Of a stretch of 64,000 bases of DNA, positions 1 through 16,130 are shown piece by piece. The DNA is from Eledone cirrhosa (lineage: Eukaryota), in the NCBI GenBank assembly GCA_964016885.1, contig OZ024741.1, forward strand, positions 203,360,001 to 203,424,000, in the 5' to 3' direction. The position numbers and the translations under genes were made by a program. The notes beneath the pieces were generated by a model that saw only the letters and a program-made list of their open reading frames with translations, had not been told where the DNA came from and made no database searches. The stretch's first letter is position 1; every line of letters starts with the position of its first letter.

Positions 1-556
1 TGTGACACTAAGACAGATTATTATAACCATAACATGATTATCAATTTCTAACAAGTATTTTATCTCTTTAAGAAACCTGGAGAACTACTTAAAAATGGTG
101 AAATATTTCTATAAGTATTTGATACGAAATAAAACGAAATAAAACGAGGTTTTTTCTTACAGTATTTTTCGTAAGATTAATATTTTGATCCCCTAAAGAA
201 TTGATCATTGAAATAGTTCCATTTTCTCATCAGACTTTTCGCCTCTTCACTGATATTGTGATTTTCAAAATGTCTGTTTTCTCATACTCTTTGCAAATAC
301 CAAAAAACAAAACAAAAATAAAAACCCATAAATCAGCGACAAAATCGCGTGCTTACGCACACATATATACGCGCGCGCACACCACACACACACACACGCA
401 CACGGACAGGCAAACACAGACACACACATATGTACATATATATATTTACTCACATTTATGTACATAAATATATACACAAGCCTTTCCTTTAGACAACACC
501 ATAAGTAGTGTATATTAGGGGTGTAAATAAAAACATTACGATATGCCTACATACAA

Positions 557-900
557 TAAATATCCGAGAGCCCCGCTATCAAGGGAAAATATTTTTCCGT
601 TGTGAAGAAAATATTTTTCTTTCTTTTGTTCTGTGAACATGTCACAAATATCTCAGTCGCCACTGAGAATGTCAGATTCAATAATCTCTCAGTGACATTC
701 ACTCAATCAGTACTGAGATGAAAATAGACAAAAGCTTATATAGATTTTGTGTGAAAAAAATTTGCATGGAATCTTGAAACAGCTGTCTGGCATTCACATC
801 AACTACTGAGATATTTGTGACATGTTCACCGAGCAAAAAAGAGAAAAATGTTTTCATAACGAAAAAAGATTTTTCTTTGATAGCGAGGATCTCATGTTTA
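557..900. mobile_element. MITE-like element with ~100 bp imperfect terminal inverted repeats
   Basis: gagagccccgctatcaa...tgtcacaaatatctcagt (566-658) is the imperfect reverse complement of actgagatatttgtgacatg...ttgatagcgaggatctc (804-893); no ORF. Confidence 0.7.
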
Positions 901-1070
901 TCTATATATATAAAACTGAGTATGTGTGTATGTCCGTACCCACATAACTTCTCCAGTTCGCAACCGATTTTCTTCAAATTTGGAACAAACATGCGTTATG
1001 TTCCCAGAAGTGTTTTGGGCTTATAAAATGTTCAAGCTTTTGTCTAAGGCGGCCCCTAGATAAATATTGG
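901..1070 (+). mobile_element. Non-autonomous Helitron-like element, 5' fragment
   Basis: A|TCtatatatataaaactgag start, GT-rich tract, then cataacttctccagttcgcaaccgattt, shared with 2911-3362. Confidence 0.6.
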
Positions 1071-1239
1071 TTGTTGGTCGCACGAAAACTACACACATAC
1101 ACACATATACATGCATCTAAAGAGAGAGGGATAGAGAGAGAGTGAGATAGGCTGTTATACAGAGAGAGGTACAAGATATTCAGATAGATAGATAGAGAGA
1201 GAATGGCGACGAACACTGGTTTACACACACATATATATA

Positions 1240-1445
1240 AGTATAATTTTAGCGAGATCGAATTTCGGCTGTGGTCGAAAACAAAGCGAAACGCAATATC
1301 CGAGTTATGCTGGCAAGCGCTCCATGGACCAAACAAAGACCAGAGCAATAAACATAGGTTATAAAGGCCAAACAAACTGAGATGTCGATCAAGAAGCCAT
1401 CAAACACCTAAGCCAAAAAGACGAGGCAAGCCAAACAGGTCAAAC
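1240..1445 (-). mobile_element. PLE-associated 3' tail fragment between TA runs
   Basis: Reverse complement (cttgccagcataactcggatattg...gccgaaattcgatctcg) aligns by eye with the tails at 12561-12785 (-), 43060-43245 (+) and 43640-43827 (+). Confidence 0.55.
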
Positions 1446-1478
<33 letters not shown>

Positions 1479-1671
1479 GGAACCAGTAAGACCCCGACGG
1501 CTGAGCTCAAGCCGTTTCGACGGCTAATTCTGGAGTCCAGAATTAGCCGTCGAAACGGCTTGAGCTCAGCCGTCGGGGTCTTACTGGTTCCTATTACCCA
1601 CTCTACTACCCTAAGTATTGAGTACTTTGGTGCGTTATGGTCCACCTGGTTCCTTACCACATTTCCTTCGT
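1479..1671 (+). mobile_element. ~195 bp fold-back hairpin mini-element, copy 1
   Basis: Perfect 56-bp inverted arms (1479-1534/1536-1591) plus an 80-bp unique tail, flanked by (TA)n; related copies at 5614, 29048, 32629 and 33412. Confidence 0.85.
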
Positions 1672-1728
1672 TATATATATATATATATATTTATATGTAC
1701 ATATATATATATATATATATTTATATAT

Positions 1729-1790
<62 letters not shown>

Positions 1791-2094
1791 ACAGAGACAG
1801 AGAGATCGAGAGAGATCTGCGCGTTCTAGATTGTTCTCCATTCTGTAGAGAAAGAGAAAGAGAGTGGGGGGGATTGGGGAGGAGAGAAAATGATAGCAGC
1901 ATTCGATAACTTTAACTTTTATTTATTTATTCTTTACACACTATTCAACTTTCCTCCTTTCTCAACCTTACGCCTTTTTCTCTCTCTCTTTCTCACAAGA
2001 CGTACTATGACTGTGTGTGTGTGTGTGTCCGTCCGGGGAAGTTACAATGTCCGCGCGCGCGCGCACACACACATACACACACACAAACACGCGA

Positions 2095-2420
2095 ACAGAT
2101 TAAAGTTTAAGTAAAAAATCGCTGCTTTCACCCTTCCCTTAACGGGATCTTCTGAAACTAAAAAAAATCAATCTGTGAACGCAGAAGTAAATATTTCGAG
2201 AAACGTTACAACCAAAGGAAAACAGGAAGACGATATTTTGGTTCGTGAAGACGTCCCCTGGCAATGAACGGAAAAAAAGCGAGAATAATTACGCCGTTAT
2301 GTGGAGCGATGAGAACAATTACACGCAAAGACAAGATTACGTTTATGGTATAAATGGAGTTGTTAGACTAATATTCTATTTAGAATAACCGAATGATTTC
2401 CAGCTCCGGAGTTTAAGAAT
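2095..2420 (-). mobile_element. Solo 3' terminal region of the PLE family at 24920-26800
   Basis: Reverse-complement similarity to 26241-26695 (aacagattaaagtttaag..., cagaagatc.cgttaaggg). Confidence 0.7.
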
Positions 2421-2426
2421 GATGTA

Positions 2427-2617
2427 AATAATTGTTTCTACTTTTGGCACAAGGCCATCTATTACCTAGTACATTACTGGTACTTTATTTTATCGACCCC
2501 GTAAGGATGAAAGGCTAAGTTAACCTCGGCGGGATTTGAACTCAATCCGTAAAGGGACGTAACTGTGCTGCAAAGCATGACGTCCGACCCTCTACCGATA
2601 CTGCCAATCCACCGCCC
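2427..2617 (-). mobile_element. tRNA-derived SINE
   Basis: Box A/B-like head (gattggcagtatcggtag...gagttcaaatccc), central gcctttcatccttacggggtcgataaaataaagtaccag, ATT tail; six loci in the window. Confidence 0.85.
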
Positions 2618-2682
2618 AAGATTTACGCCAGTACATACGTAGGCGCCGACGGATATTAGACATACATATACATATGCACGCA

Positions 2683-2748
<66 letters not shown>

Positions 2749-2910
2749 TATATATATATGATATACATTCAAATACACACATACACGCACACATACACAC
2801 ATATCCTATTTTAATAATCTCTGTCATTTTCGTTTACAACTTTATTTACATCATTCTTAAACTCCGTACAGGACAGCTGGTTGTGTATCGATTTTTTCCA
2901 TTGACCTTGT

Positions 2911-3362
2911 ATGTATATAAAACAGAAGATGTATGTCTGTGTGTGTGTATGTGTCTGTGTGTGTGTGTGTGAGTGTGTATAAAGCTTATGAATTTCTACA
3001 GTTTGCAACCGATTTTCACCAAACTTAAGGCATAGGTTACTTATGTACTCCGGATGGTTATGGGCGCTTCCTTGGAGTCGACTGAAGCACAGCAGTGCAA
3101 TGCAACAAAACGTCATAACTTCTGGAGTTCGCAACTGATTTTCACCAAACTTGACACATAGGCTACGTCTGTTTTACAGATGAATTTAAAAAATCAGAAT
3201 TGGCACATATTGAGTAGGGCACCCCTGGGGGCAGGAACCACCTTTTGGGAAAAGCCGATGATTTTGTACAAGTATAGTTCTCAAAACTGCACTGAAGTAT
3301 TGACATGAATGCTATACATAATTGCTATTTAATACCCGAGCAACGCTAGGTACCTCTGCTAG
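2911..3362 (+). mobile_element. Non-autonomous Helitron
   Basis: tatataaaa + GT-rich 5' part; subterminal imperfect hairpin cccgagcaacgctagg; ends CTAG|T at 3362. Confidence 0.7.
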
Positions 3363-4135
3363 TTGTATATAAATATATAGTACGTGCTTTCATATACACC
3401 TCTATTATGTTTAACACTACCATAGTGCTAATGTAAATAGTGTATTTTATATATACATAGTTTGTACATACAAAGATTATGTCTATATTGTGTATATAGT
3501 GAATATATAATGTATATATATATATAGTATATGTAGTGTATATGGTGTGTAGAAGAGTTGCGATGACACTGGGGCCAAAGTATATCGGTTTTGTCTTTTC
3601 CTTCGACAACATTAGTGGTGCGGAGTGGAGAAACTTACATGCATGGGTAACTACTGGTTTTCCCAAAAATATATAACAAAATACTGGTGTGTATGAGTAT
3701 AACAAATATGGTTGGTTTGTGTGTATAATATTTAATAAACAATTTGTGGATATATAGAACAGTATAGTTGACATGTCAATGAATAGATGAGAGAATGAAA
3801 CAAAGTTATTAGTTACCGTTTGGTTGCCAGGTGAACGCAGCTGGCAGAAGACGCCTGGCGAACGCCAGGCGCCGGAAGGGAAAATCAGAGAGAGGAACTT
3901 AAAGTTGTTAGTTTTATAGGGTTCTGACCGGAAGTTACAGAAAGGGTTCTACTTCCTGTCTAGAGAGCGTTAATCTATTGGGGATGTGAATGTCACAACA
4001 AGGGAGGCAACTCCTGCTACAAATACTTCACCCAGGCTTGTGCGTAGGAAAGACAAACTCAGAGTCAGTCATGATTGAAAGGTGTCCTTTTATCCCCCCC
4101 CCCCCTCTCTCTCTCTCTATATATATATATATATG

Positions 4136-4729
4136 AGCTTTGCAGCCTCCGTCTTGGACGAGCGGTCCATTCTCCGCCAGGTTCAGGTGACCCCCAAAGA
4201 GGATGTCCTCATCCTCGGATCACGGATCCACCCGCCGGCCATCCGCTCCACCATCAGGTCCAGGCTTCAACAGCTCCAGACTCTCACGAGCCGACTGGGT
4301 TTGATTGACTCCACCCAGCTCTCTTTCTGCTGAGGAACTGCTTCGCCATGCCGGAGCTCCTCTATACACTCTGCAGCGCTCCGTGCTACACCCAGACATC
4401 CCTCCTCGCTGACCTCGATACTTGTATCCGAGCAGCAGCCGAGGTGATATGCAACGTCAAGTTTGACGACATAGGGTGGCAACAGGCCACTTTACCTGTC
4501 AGGTATGGCGGCCTTGGCCTCCGGTCCCCGATCTCACTAGCTTTGCCGGCGTATTTTTCGTCGGTAATCTCGTGCCGCGTCCTCGTCAGCAGGGTTCTTC
4601 AAAACACAACAGAACCCTCTGTGTTCAGAGAACGTGAGGCAGCCTGTGAGATGTGGGACCGGCTGGGACTTAGCCCGGTAGATGTCCCTCTTCCTTCTCC
4701 CCCTGTTGACGTCAAGTCCTCCCAACGCA

Positions 4730-4731
<2 letters not shown>
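4136..4731 (+). pseudogene. Fragment of a CRE-like (RLE-type) non-LTR retrotransposon, post-RT region
   Basis: LILGSRI...LLRNCFAMPELLYTL...WQQATLPVRYGGLGLRS...PAYFSS with a frameshift near 4320; TA runs on both sides. Confidence 0.65.
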
Positions 4732-4798
<67 letters not shown>

Positions 4799-4876
4799 TT
4801 CCACATGTTAAAATATCCCCCACACACGTACAGACACATTCCTACTGACCGAATCGCTCTACCACGAACCACTCTG

Positions 4877-4924
<48 letters not shown>

Positions 4925-5443
4925 ATATTTGTCTTAATAGACACCTGAACTGTTGACCTTTCAACATGACTGCAATTCACACACACATCCCTACTGACCA
5001 TTATCACAACAATGAACCTCTTTACTACACACACACACACGCACACACACACACACACATATTTGTCTTAAAAGACTTATTTTTCAGTGACTTCTCAATC
5101 AGGCGAAAAAGGACACTCTTCGACAAACCTACATTCGGCGCAAAATCAAATTTTAACATTCACGTGACCTCTACCGACCAATCAAAATTGTTTTGACTAG
5201 AACGATTTTTGCAACGCGAATTGGCGCGAAACTTATAGTACTCATTCACGTGACATTCAACAACCAACCAAATCTTAATACCTCTGGAGCCACTTTTTTC
5301 ACATAAAACAGGAAGAATTTCTAAAACTGATCAGATTAGAGCAAACATCACGCTCCATCTCAAAATTATTTTTGAAAAGCATTAGAAATGCGCAACCGGT
5401 AAAAACTTAAAACTAAAACTAAATACTAACCAATACTTATTCC

Positions 5444-5482
5444 TAATTTTTACTTATTCCTAATTTTTACTTATTCCTAATT
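5444..5482. repeat. 17-bp tandem repeat (acttattcctaattttt), about 3 units
   Basis: Directly visible. Confidence 0.7.
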
Positions 5483-5531
5483 AAACTATTTTTCACTGGG
5501 AACAATTTGTCAGCATTTTCTTTTCCTTTTA

Positions 5532-5613
<82 letters not shown>

Positions 5614-5615
<2 letters not shown>

Positions 5616-5804
5616 AGAAAGTATGACCCCGACGGCAGAGCCAAGCCGTTTCGACAGCTATTTCTGAAGTCCAGAAATAGCCGTCGAAAAGGCTTGAGCT
5701 CTGCCGTCGAGGTCATACTTTCTCCTGTTACCCACTCTACTACCCTAAGTTTTGAGTACTCTGGTGCGTTATGGTCCATCTGGTTCCTTACCACAACTCC
5801 TTCG

Positions 5805-5805
<1 letters not shown>
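5614..5805 (+). mobile_element. ~195 bp fold-back hairpin mini-element, copy 2
   Basis: Near-perfect arms 5614-5725, same tail as copy 1, inside (TA)n. Confidence 0.85.
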
Positions 5806-5855
<50 letters not shown>

Positions 5856-6479
5856 ATAATAAGTTATCGTTTAAGGTAATCCAGTTAGAGGTAGTGAGCA
5901 CGGCGTTGTTTGACTCAACAAGTTTCCTTAGTTAGGTGGCGAGTTTACGAGAATACCTATGTAGGTGATTCTTGGAGTAATAATAGTGAAAGAGTGAAGA
6001 ATAACATGGTTGGCTGTACAAAAAGGGTTTTATTTGCAGTATTAACAGTTGTTTCATTGATCAAATGAGTCTAAAGGCCGCTAATTACTAGAAATTGTGT
6101 CACGTGCAGTTAATTCTGGTGTTTCTGTTGTCGGTACATTAGCCGAGAGATCATTCACATTGCAGTGAACTCTACACTAACACACCAGGGAATTCTGCTA
6201 GAGTCTATGTATTTGTTCTACCAAAGAAACACCACTACAGACACAGTAGTAGCACTTCTCTTATGGCCAGCAAGTGTGCTGACGTCAGAGAAGTGCATTA
6301 CTGAATCTTAAATGATCACAGTTCTACACAAATTTGTGTAATTAAATTTATATTGTGGATGTCTTTGTGCTGGCAGGTGTTCATAATAGAGAGCCTATTG
6401 CTAGAGGAGAATTCTGATAAGGCCTGTCCATTCGTGTTTAGATCGGGATCGCCGTCCCTTCCAATCATTTCTTGCGCCA

Positions 6480-6860
6480 GCTTCAGCATTCGGTTATCAG
6501 AATGAAGGGGGAGCGAGTAAAATCTAAACTTGCTATCTTCAATTCGGTGTTCGTGCCACTACCGCGAATACAAGCAACCGAAATGGGGTTCTTCCGAACG
6601 ACCTTTGGAGTAATATTACTCGAAAGAGCGCGTAGCTTGGAGAACTGGGATTCGCTCCAGTAAGAGCCGCTACTTAAGTTCACAGCTCCGATATTACGGG
6701 AAGGTGGTTAGAATGTCTCAGGAAAGAATCGCTGGACAGATTTTACTGGCAAAACCAACTGACAGAAGCCATTGAAAGTCATACTTGAGGACTCTACTCC
6801 ACGACCTTCCCAAGAAGAAGAAGAAGAAGAAGAAGAAGAAGAAGAAGAAGAAGAAGAAGA
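6480..6860 (+). pseudogene. RTE-clade LINE 3' fragment followed by a (GAA)n run
   Basis: KSKLAIFNSVFVP, IQATEMGFFR and RMSQERIA-type motifs; similar to 28590-28800. Confidence 0.65.
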
Positions 6861-7625
6861 AATTATAATAATTTCTTACGATCAATAAATATATCAGTAA
6901 ATATCTTTGCAACGTAGTAGCGTTATGTGAATATCCAAAGATTTGGAGCAGTCATGGCAAGATGTGTCAAAAACTAGGTGCATCAGCTTGCCAAACACTA
7001 AGTTGAAATATTACTTGAGAAACTGGGAAAAGAGGCGCACAACTAAAGTGTAGGACCAGCTAACAGAATTGCCAAAGCATCAGCTATGCATGTGTTGAAG
7101 AACTCACTGTGATAGCTTTGGGGCACCTTACAAACTTAGGTTTAGATATTGCTACAAAAGTTTCACCATCAAGATGAACTCGCTCCGCTGAGTTTAGAGT
7201 TGATCCTTCATATAGTTCTAGCGGGGAACCCTAAGATCCTCTTGTATCCTTAATATCACGCGCTTGAACAGTGGTGCTGTAGTTTGTGCTTGTCATCTTT
7301 TCGATATCAAATAATATTACACATGATTTTTCAGGTCTACGTGCATCACAGTGGCTTTCTCATGAAACTTGATGGCCTCAACCATTGACAATGCTACCCA
7401 AATGCTAGACTTCTTGTGATAATAACCGCTGGTTTCGAAAAACTTATCCGCTTAATCACATCTACTGCACCATCGCTCTGGTAGCTGACTCATGCTAGGG
7501 CTTACCAAAGAGCCACACATGTTTTGTTCCGGGCTGCTTATTACAGTATTCGCAGCTAATCCCATTACTGGTCACACTATACACACAGACACACACACAC
7601 ACATACACTCACACTCACACTCACA

Positions 7626-7660
<35 letters not shown>

Positions 7661-7739
7661 GTACATACACACACACACACAGCTTATAATAAAAAAAAGT
7701 TTTAAAAAAGAAAAAAAACAAAGTATTTCGATATAGTGG

Positions 7740-8570
7740 CTAGGGAATACTCTAGCCCCCTTTCTCTTTATAATTGTTCCGGGTTATATCCTACGTATTT
7801 CATTGGATGGTAAGCCCAAAAGAAGCAGAAGATATCCTGCTGAATTTGTCACTAATCTAGACTTTGTTGATGATTTGGCTCTTTCCTCAAACTCAGTTGC
7901 AAATGCCCAATTGGTCCTTTATGTGTTAAAGTCAGCTGCTGCTGATGTTGGACTTTCCTACAATGACTCAAAAACTCAGTTTATCTCGACAAATTCTGAT
8001 GCTAGTATAGTCACAGTTAACAGGAAACTCTTGAAGTAAGTAGAGTACTTTGGTTCGTTCATAATAAACTCAGAAAGGGACTTCCAAATACTGTATGTAG
8101 ATCCCTCGACTGGAATGCATTTCATGAACTGAATAAAATTTGGAAATCCGTTATACCCTTTAGAACAAAAGTAGAGCTTACTCTATTGTTCTGAAACACC
8201 GACCTTGCTCTCCCATCTACAGAGAAATTTAGATGGATGTTACACTACCCTTCTGAGAAAGGTTCAAAATATTCCTTGGCAGACCCATTCAACGCTTAAT
8301 CAGATATACGGAAAAATCCCCAAAGTGAACGACTGGTTGAACGTCTTACAAGGTTTTCTGGTCATTGCTTCCGCGCAAAAGATGAACTGCTTTCAGGCGT
8401 CTTGTGGGAGATCTCCTGTACCAGAAACCTCAGATACTAGGATGCCATAGCAAGAGACACTGGAATGTACAAGGAAGACCTACAAACCTTGATGGGGAAA
8501 CAGAGACTGTCGGCGTGAAGCTGTATTTGTTGACTCACCTAAGGGTGATGGATAAGATAAGATAAGCTAA
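7740..8570 (+). pseudogene. Degraded RTE/RTEX-like RT fragment with (GATAA)n tail
   Basis: GNTLAPFLFIIV, RSRRYPAEFVTNLDFVDDLAL, GLSYNDSKT, LDGCYTTLLR. Confidence 0.65.
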
Positions 8571-9124
8571 GCTATGCAATTGGAATTTGACAGTCTGATA
8601 CAATGACTGACGTGCCTGCTTAAATTTACGCTGGACTAGAAAGAATTGTTGTCTATGTTGTGGCACTTTCTATCCTGTAACTTATCGATCAGACAAAAGG
8701 CATAAAAAATAAGGTGATTTTGGCGGAGATATGAAAAGAATTCATTGTATCAAATCAGATTGTAAAAATAAAAATGAAATATTTTCATCTAAGGGAGACC
8801 ACTTGAATTCTAGAGAGTTTATATAAGAATTATCTCCCTTAGACTGAAAATTGTAAACATTAGTAACACTAATTGTAAGGTTAGTTCATCTAATGTCATC
8901 AGGTGCGTTTTATTTATTTTATTTGATACAATCATTATTCTGCGGCCATGTTGTGGCAATAATTTAAAAACCTAGAGGGATTTAGTCGGTTATACTGACC
9001 CCATAGATCTATTTTTCTCGAATCGCCAAGTAATGGAAAATAAACATTGGCAGACACAAACATATATATCGACATACACACTCATCTTTCTATGCCAACA
9101 GCTATATATAAATATATATATATA

Positions 9125-10349
9125 TATTAAAGAGTTAAACAAGTTTCAATGAGTATATCAAAGAATGAGTTTTACAGTAGATTGGAAGCACTCTACGAAA
9201 AATATTATTTTTCCAGAGTTATTAATATTAAAATATAAATATTAATAAAATAGATGTTCTTTTGATCAATTACATTTTATTATACATGCATTTATTATTG
9301 TTTTTTCTTATATATATGTATGTATTTAACTGCAACACGTCGAAATCCATTATATAAGATTATAATCGTTATCATTTACCTAAAGTATGCTGTATCACTA
9401 ATACCTAATATATATCTATATATACCTCCCTGTATCTCTCTATACATTATTTTTAGATAACTTCTAAATTTCTAGATTATTATTTATTTTGAACTATGAA
9501 TAATTCATGCATTTACACCCTGTTATATATAGGTATCTATTTAACTTTAGCATGCTTCAATCTATTATTTTATATTCGTTATCATTTACCTAAAATATAC
9601 TGGCTCATTAATATATATCTATATACATAATCGTTATTTAAATATTTCTAACAATAAGTACTTCATAAGCTTTACATACCGAAAATGTTGACATTTTTAT
9701 AGATTATCTTCGTTAAAGTTTACATTTAGGAAAATATTCAACAGTGTAAATTTCCCTTTCGCTGGCCAGGTAAATCCTTTAAATATTATCCTCATAAAAT
9801 TCAGAAGTTTAGAAATGTTAACACACTTATAGAATTTATAAAACTAATAAATATAAATAACCAGCAACTTTTAAAAAAACCTAAAATCTTGCTTCTTCAC
9901 CCTAAAATAACATAAATTAAATATTTTGAAACTTAACCGTTTAGCTTTTGGAAAAAATCCCTTTCTGCATATATTACTCCCCTTTATCTTTCTCTCTCTC
10001 CAAATCCTCTTTCAACGGCCCTCATTGACTGCTATAATTCATGAGATGTTTTCCTAGATAAACATAACTTGTACTATCCTACATTTTAAAATCTCGATAG
10101 CTGTCACATTAACCAACGTTCACACATTCTCTATTGAATTTATTACGTTTTCGCATTTTCTCATTATTAGGGTATAAATGTTGAATTGTCTCTTAGGTTA
10201 AATCTTTGATTAAATCTTAACCATTTAACATCTCAGGGTATGTCATGTATCATTATATATTGTCTGATGAGGACGTACTGTTGTACCCCCGAAATATGTA
10301 TAATAAAATGTAATTGATCAAAAGAACATCTCTTTTATTAATATTTGTA

Positions 10350-10357
<8 letters not shown>
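9125..10357. mobile_element. AT-rich PLE-like non-coding remnant with an inverted terminal segment
   Basis: 9225-9287 is the reverse complement of 10296-10357; hammerhead-like core CTGATGA...CGAAA at 10264-10294; bounded by TA runs. Confidence 0.55.
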
Positions 10358-10420
<63 letters not shown>

Positions 10421-10736
10421 GGCTTGGAGACATGAACCGAATGCTACCATTCTATTTTATATCAATGTGAACTGCTATTTCTAATAGCCATCTTTCACCC
10501 CTTGATAATTTGTGTGTGAGACACCTTGGCTGAGGTCTTCTGACAGGAACTAAAAGATTGATTCTTTTTAGCTTCCCGTCCGCACGTAAAATTTATAAAT
10601 CAGTGGCTAGTTGAGAGATAGAGTCCTATCGGGTGCCAGTTGTTAATCGCTTTACCGTGTCGGTTGTCACAAACAGTCATGACCGGCATGGGCTGGTGTT
10701 TGGATTCTGTCGATCGATTGGTTATTAATTAGGCGA

Positions 10737-10848
10737 TACCCGCTGATGAAGCCGCATAAGCCGATTGTGCATTGTTGCATAATATATGCAGACAGATGGT
10801 GCAGTGCACCTTACTGCTGCATTAGTGCGGCAGAAACTCGAGTCCGGG
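10737..10848 (+). ncRNA. Type I hammerhead ribozyme with long branched stem II (in TA-flanked element 10418-11000)
   Basis: tacccg-CTGATGA-agccgcataa...ttagtgcggca-GAAA-ctcgag-TC-cgggta: stem I pairs, palindromic stem III, GUC site. Confidence 0.8.
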
Positions 10849-10999
10849 TACCTTATAGGCACCCGTTTTACGTGTGTTGTGTTGAGGCAAATAACTATGT
10901 GTATAATCTGGTAATGTATCTTACATTGCCCATTGAGTGCGCTGAGATATAACCGGTACTGGCATTGATAAATATGCTGGGTCCGTCAACCCTTAATAT

Positions 11000-11195
<196 letters not shown>

Positions 11196-11265
11196 TTCAC
11201 GGAATTAAAATTTACACCAAATCTTTCAATCCAGCCTACTGTTGTTATCGTTTTAAATATATATG

Positions 11266-11384
<119 letters not shown>

Positions 11385-12560
11385 AAATGAAGTAATTCCG
11401 TCGGAAAGGTAAAGGTAAAAAGAGTGCTCTATGTAGGCTACATAGCTTATTAGTTATGTAATAAACAACATAAGATAATTATTTCATTTACCAGTGGTTT
11501 CTTGAAAGCAGATATATCTGTTTTCAGTCGTCAGAATGAATAAAACATGGCGTTTTTATTAAATATGAATTTGAAAACAAAATATAAGAAATATGAAAGT
11601 GAGGCTGAGGAAAAAACGGGCGAAGAAGTGGGAATTCAAAGACAAAAACATTCCGTACACTATTGATTGGTCTATTTTAGACCATTCAAGAGAATACCAA
11701 AGGGGCACAAAGAAATGTTCTTTGTGCACCACGGAAAAATTTAGAATTCTCCAAATCTTGAAAGCCCCTTCCACTTGCCTCAACTCCAAGACCGAGTTCT
11801 TCAGATGTTGTCCACATCTGAAATCGCATATACTTTTTAACTGGATTGACATTCCTACGATGACTCAACCACCTTGAGCTTCTTCTGTACTCATCACGCC
11901 TTCCAATCACCACGAATTTATTACCTTATGAACTCACTTCTTACCCATATATACTTTTTCTTCCTCATCTCCTTCTATATCTCTTTATATTTATTATTTT
12001 TTCCTATTATTTATCATTTTTTTCAGTTGACGTATAATCTCCCCTACTTTCTACCTTACCCTTTACACATACACACTCACCACCTTTATTCTTTACTCAG
12101 TTCACTTTTTAACCAGATACTCTTATCTAGATCTCATCAAAATCCTTTACAACACTTTTTTCCCTTACCTATTCTTACTAATTGTCTTTATTATTTCAAT
12201 TTTACTCCCCCTTTGTCCTTACTTACCCACTAGGTTTTTATGTTCTCACATAGGGGTGTGTGCGGGCGCATTTGTAGATAGGCTCGTGTGAACATACATT
12301 TGTAATATTTTGATTATTTATTTGTACGTGCGTGTGTATGTGTGTATGTGTGCGTGTATGTATATATATATGTGTCTATGTATATATATATGTGTGTGTA
12401 TGTGTACGTATCTGTGTATGTATGTGTGTGTGTATATATGTGTGTATATGTATTATATTATATATATATATGTATATATATATATGTAAATAAGTATATA
12501 TATATACGTGTGTATGTATTTGTATATATATACAGTATATATATATATATATATATATAT

Positions 12561-12785
12561 AGTAGAATAATCGAGAATCGGAATATCAGCCCACGAAATC
12601 ACGATAAACAATATCCGACAACTGTGGCAGGGGGCTCAATAATTTGGATAAATCAGAGCTATAACTATCGTTAAAATACCAACACATAGAGATCATGCCT
12701 AAAATCATCCGTGCAGCCGAAAAAGAACAACCAGGAAGATTCGGGTCACTCAAATAAAATATCAATAAATTAATAAATTAAATGA
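12561..12785 (-). mobile_element. PLE-associated 3' tail nested in (TA)n
   Basis: Reverse complement aligns with 43060-43245. Confidence 0.65.
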
Positions 12786-12824
<39 letters not shown>

Positions 12825-12869
12825 GGAATACTGTTGGTTTCTTGCTACAATAATTTCTATACTTTTCAT

Positions 12870-12972
<103 letters not shown>

Positions 12973-12975
12973 CGC

Positions 12976-13056
<81 letters not shown>

Positions 13057-13458
13057 GTATGTATTATTTATGTGTGTGTTTGTTGATGTCTATATTATAT
13101 TATATATGGTTATATGTATGTGTTTACGTATATAGTTGTGTGTATGCGGTTGTATATATGCTTTTGTATTTGTCTGTATGGTTTTACGTATGGTTTTGTA
13201 TGCGTGTGTTTTTTTCTTATTACGTACGAGTGCGCGCACGCATGTGTATACGTAAGTACGTAGGTTTTGTACCAATGCTCTTGTTTGTAGGGTTTATATG
13301 TGTGTTAGTATATTTGGTTGTATGCATGTTTTTAAATACGTGTGTATACGTGTGTATGTGTATGTGTATATGTATTTTTTCACGTATGTGTATGTGTATG
13401 TGGATGTGTACGTATGTTTATTTTATATTTTTGTGTTTATATTTATATATATATATAC

Positions 13459-13506
<48 letters not shown>

Positions 13507-14129
13507 TCACATACATTTGTGCATGTGTTTTATACGTGTGTATCAGTAGCTGTGCATGTTTTTGTGTGTGTGTGTGTGCGTATGTATGTGCACCGACGTG
13601 AGGTATATGATTTTTAATGCAATGAAATATCTATGATCGTCGGCAAATCACTGATGAGGGACTCATTTTATTACATGTTATCCATGCGCTACCTGCAGAA
13701 TTTTTCTCTATATTATATATATATATATTTATATATATGCATATCTCATGTATTTGTTTATTTTTAAATTGTTTTATTTTCCCCCTCCTCTCACTTATCG
13801 TTGTCAACACGTATCCTTATTCTTTTTGACTTTGTATTTTTTGTTCTTATTCATTTATATATTTATTCTTATTACTTCATGTATATGTATGTGTATGTAT
13901 CTTGTCCATGTCTGTAGACGCATTTACGCTTATGTGATAAAGTATACGTCTATGTACTTTTTAAGTATATGCGCGTGGTTGAGTGTGTGTATGTTTTTAT
14001 ATTTATTTTATATATATATATGTATTCTTTTTTCTCCTCCTCTTCTTCGCCCGTTTTTTCCTCAGCCTCACTTTCATATTTCTTATATTTTGTCTTCAAA
14101 TCTATATTTAATAAAAACAGCATGTTTTA

Positions 14130-14187
14130 TTCATTCTGACGACTGAAAACAGGTATATGTGCTTTCAAGAAACCACTGGTAAATGAA
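14130..14187 (+). ncRNA. Type I hammerhead ribozyme (inverted copy at 11483-11540)
   Basis: ttcatt-CTGACGA-stem II-GAAA-ccactgg-TA-aatgaa. Confidence 0.75.
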
Positions 14188-14227
14188 ATAATTATCTATG
14201 TTGTTTATTACATAACTAAATATATAC

Positions 14228-14465
<238 letters not shown>

Positions 14466-14469
14466 ATAT

Positions 14470-16130
<1,661 letters not shown>

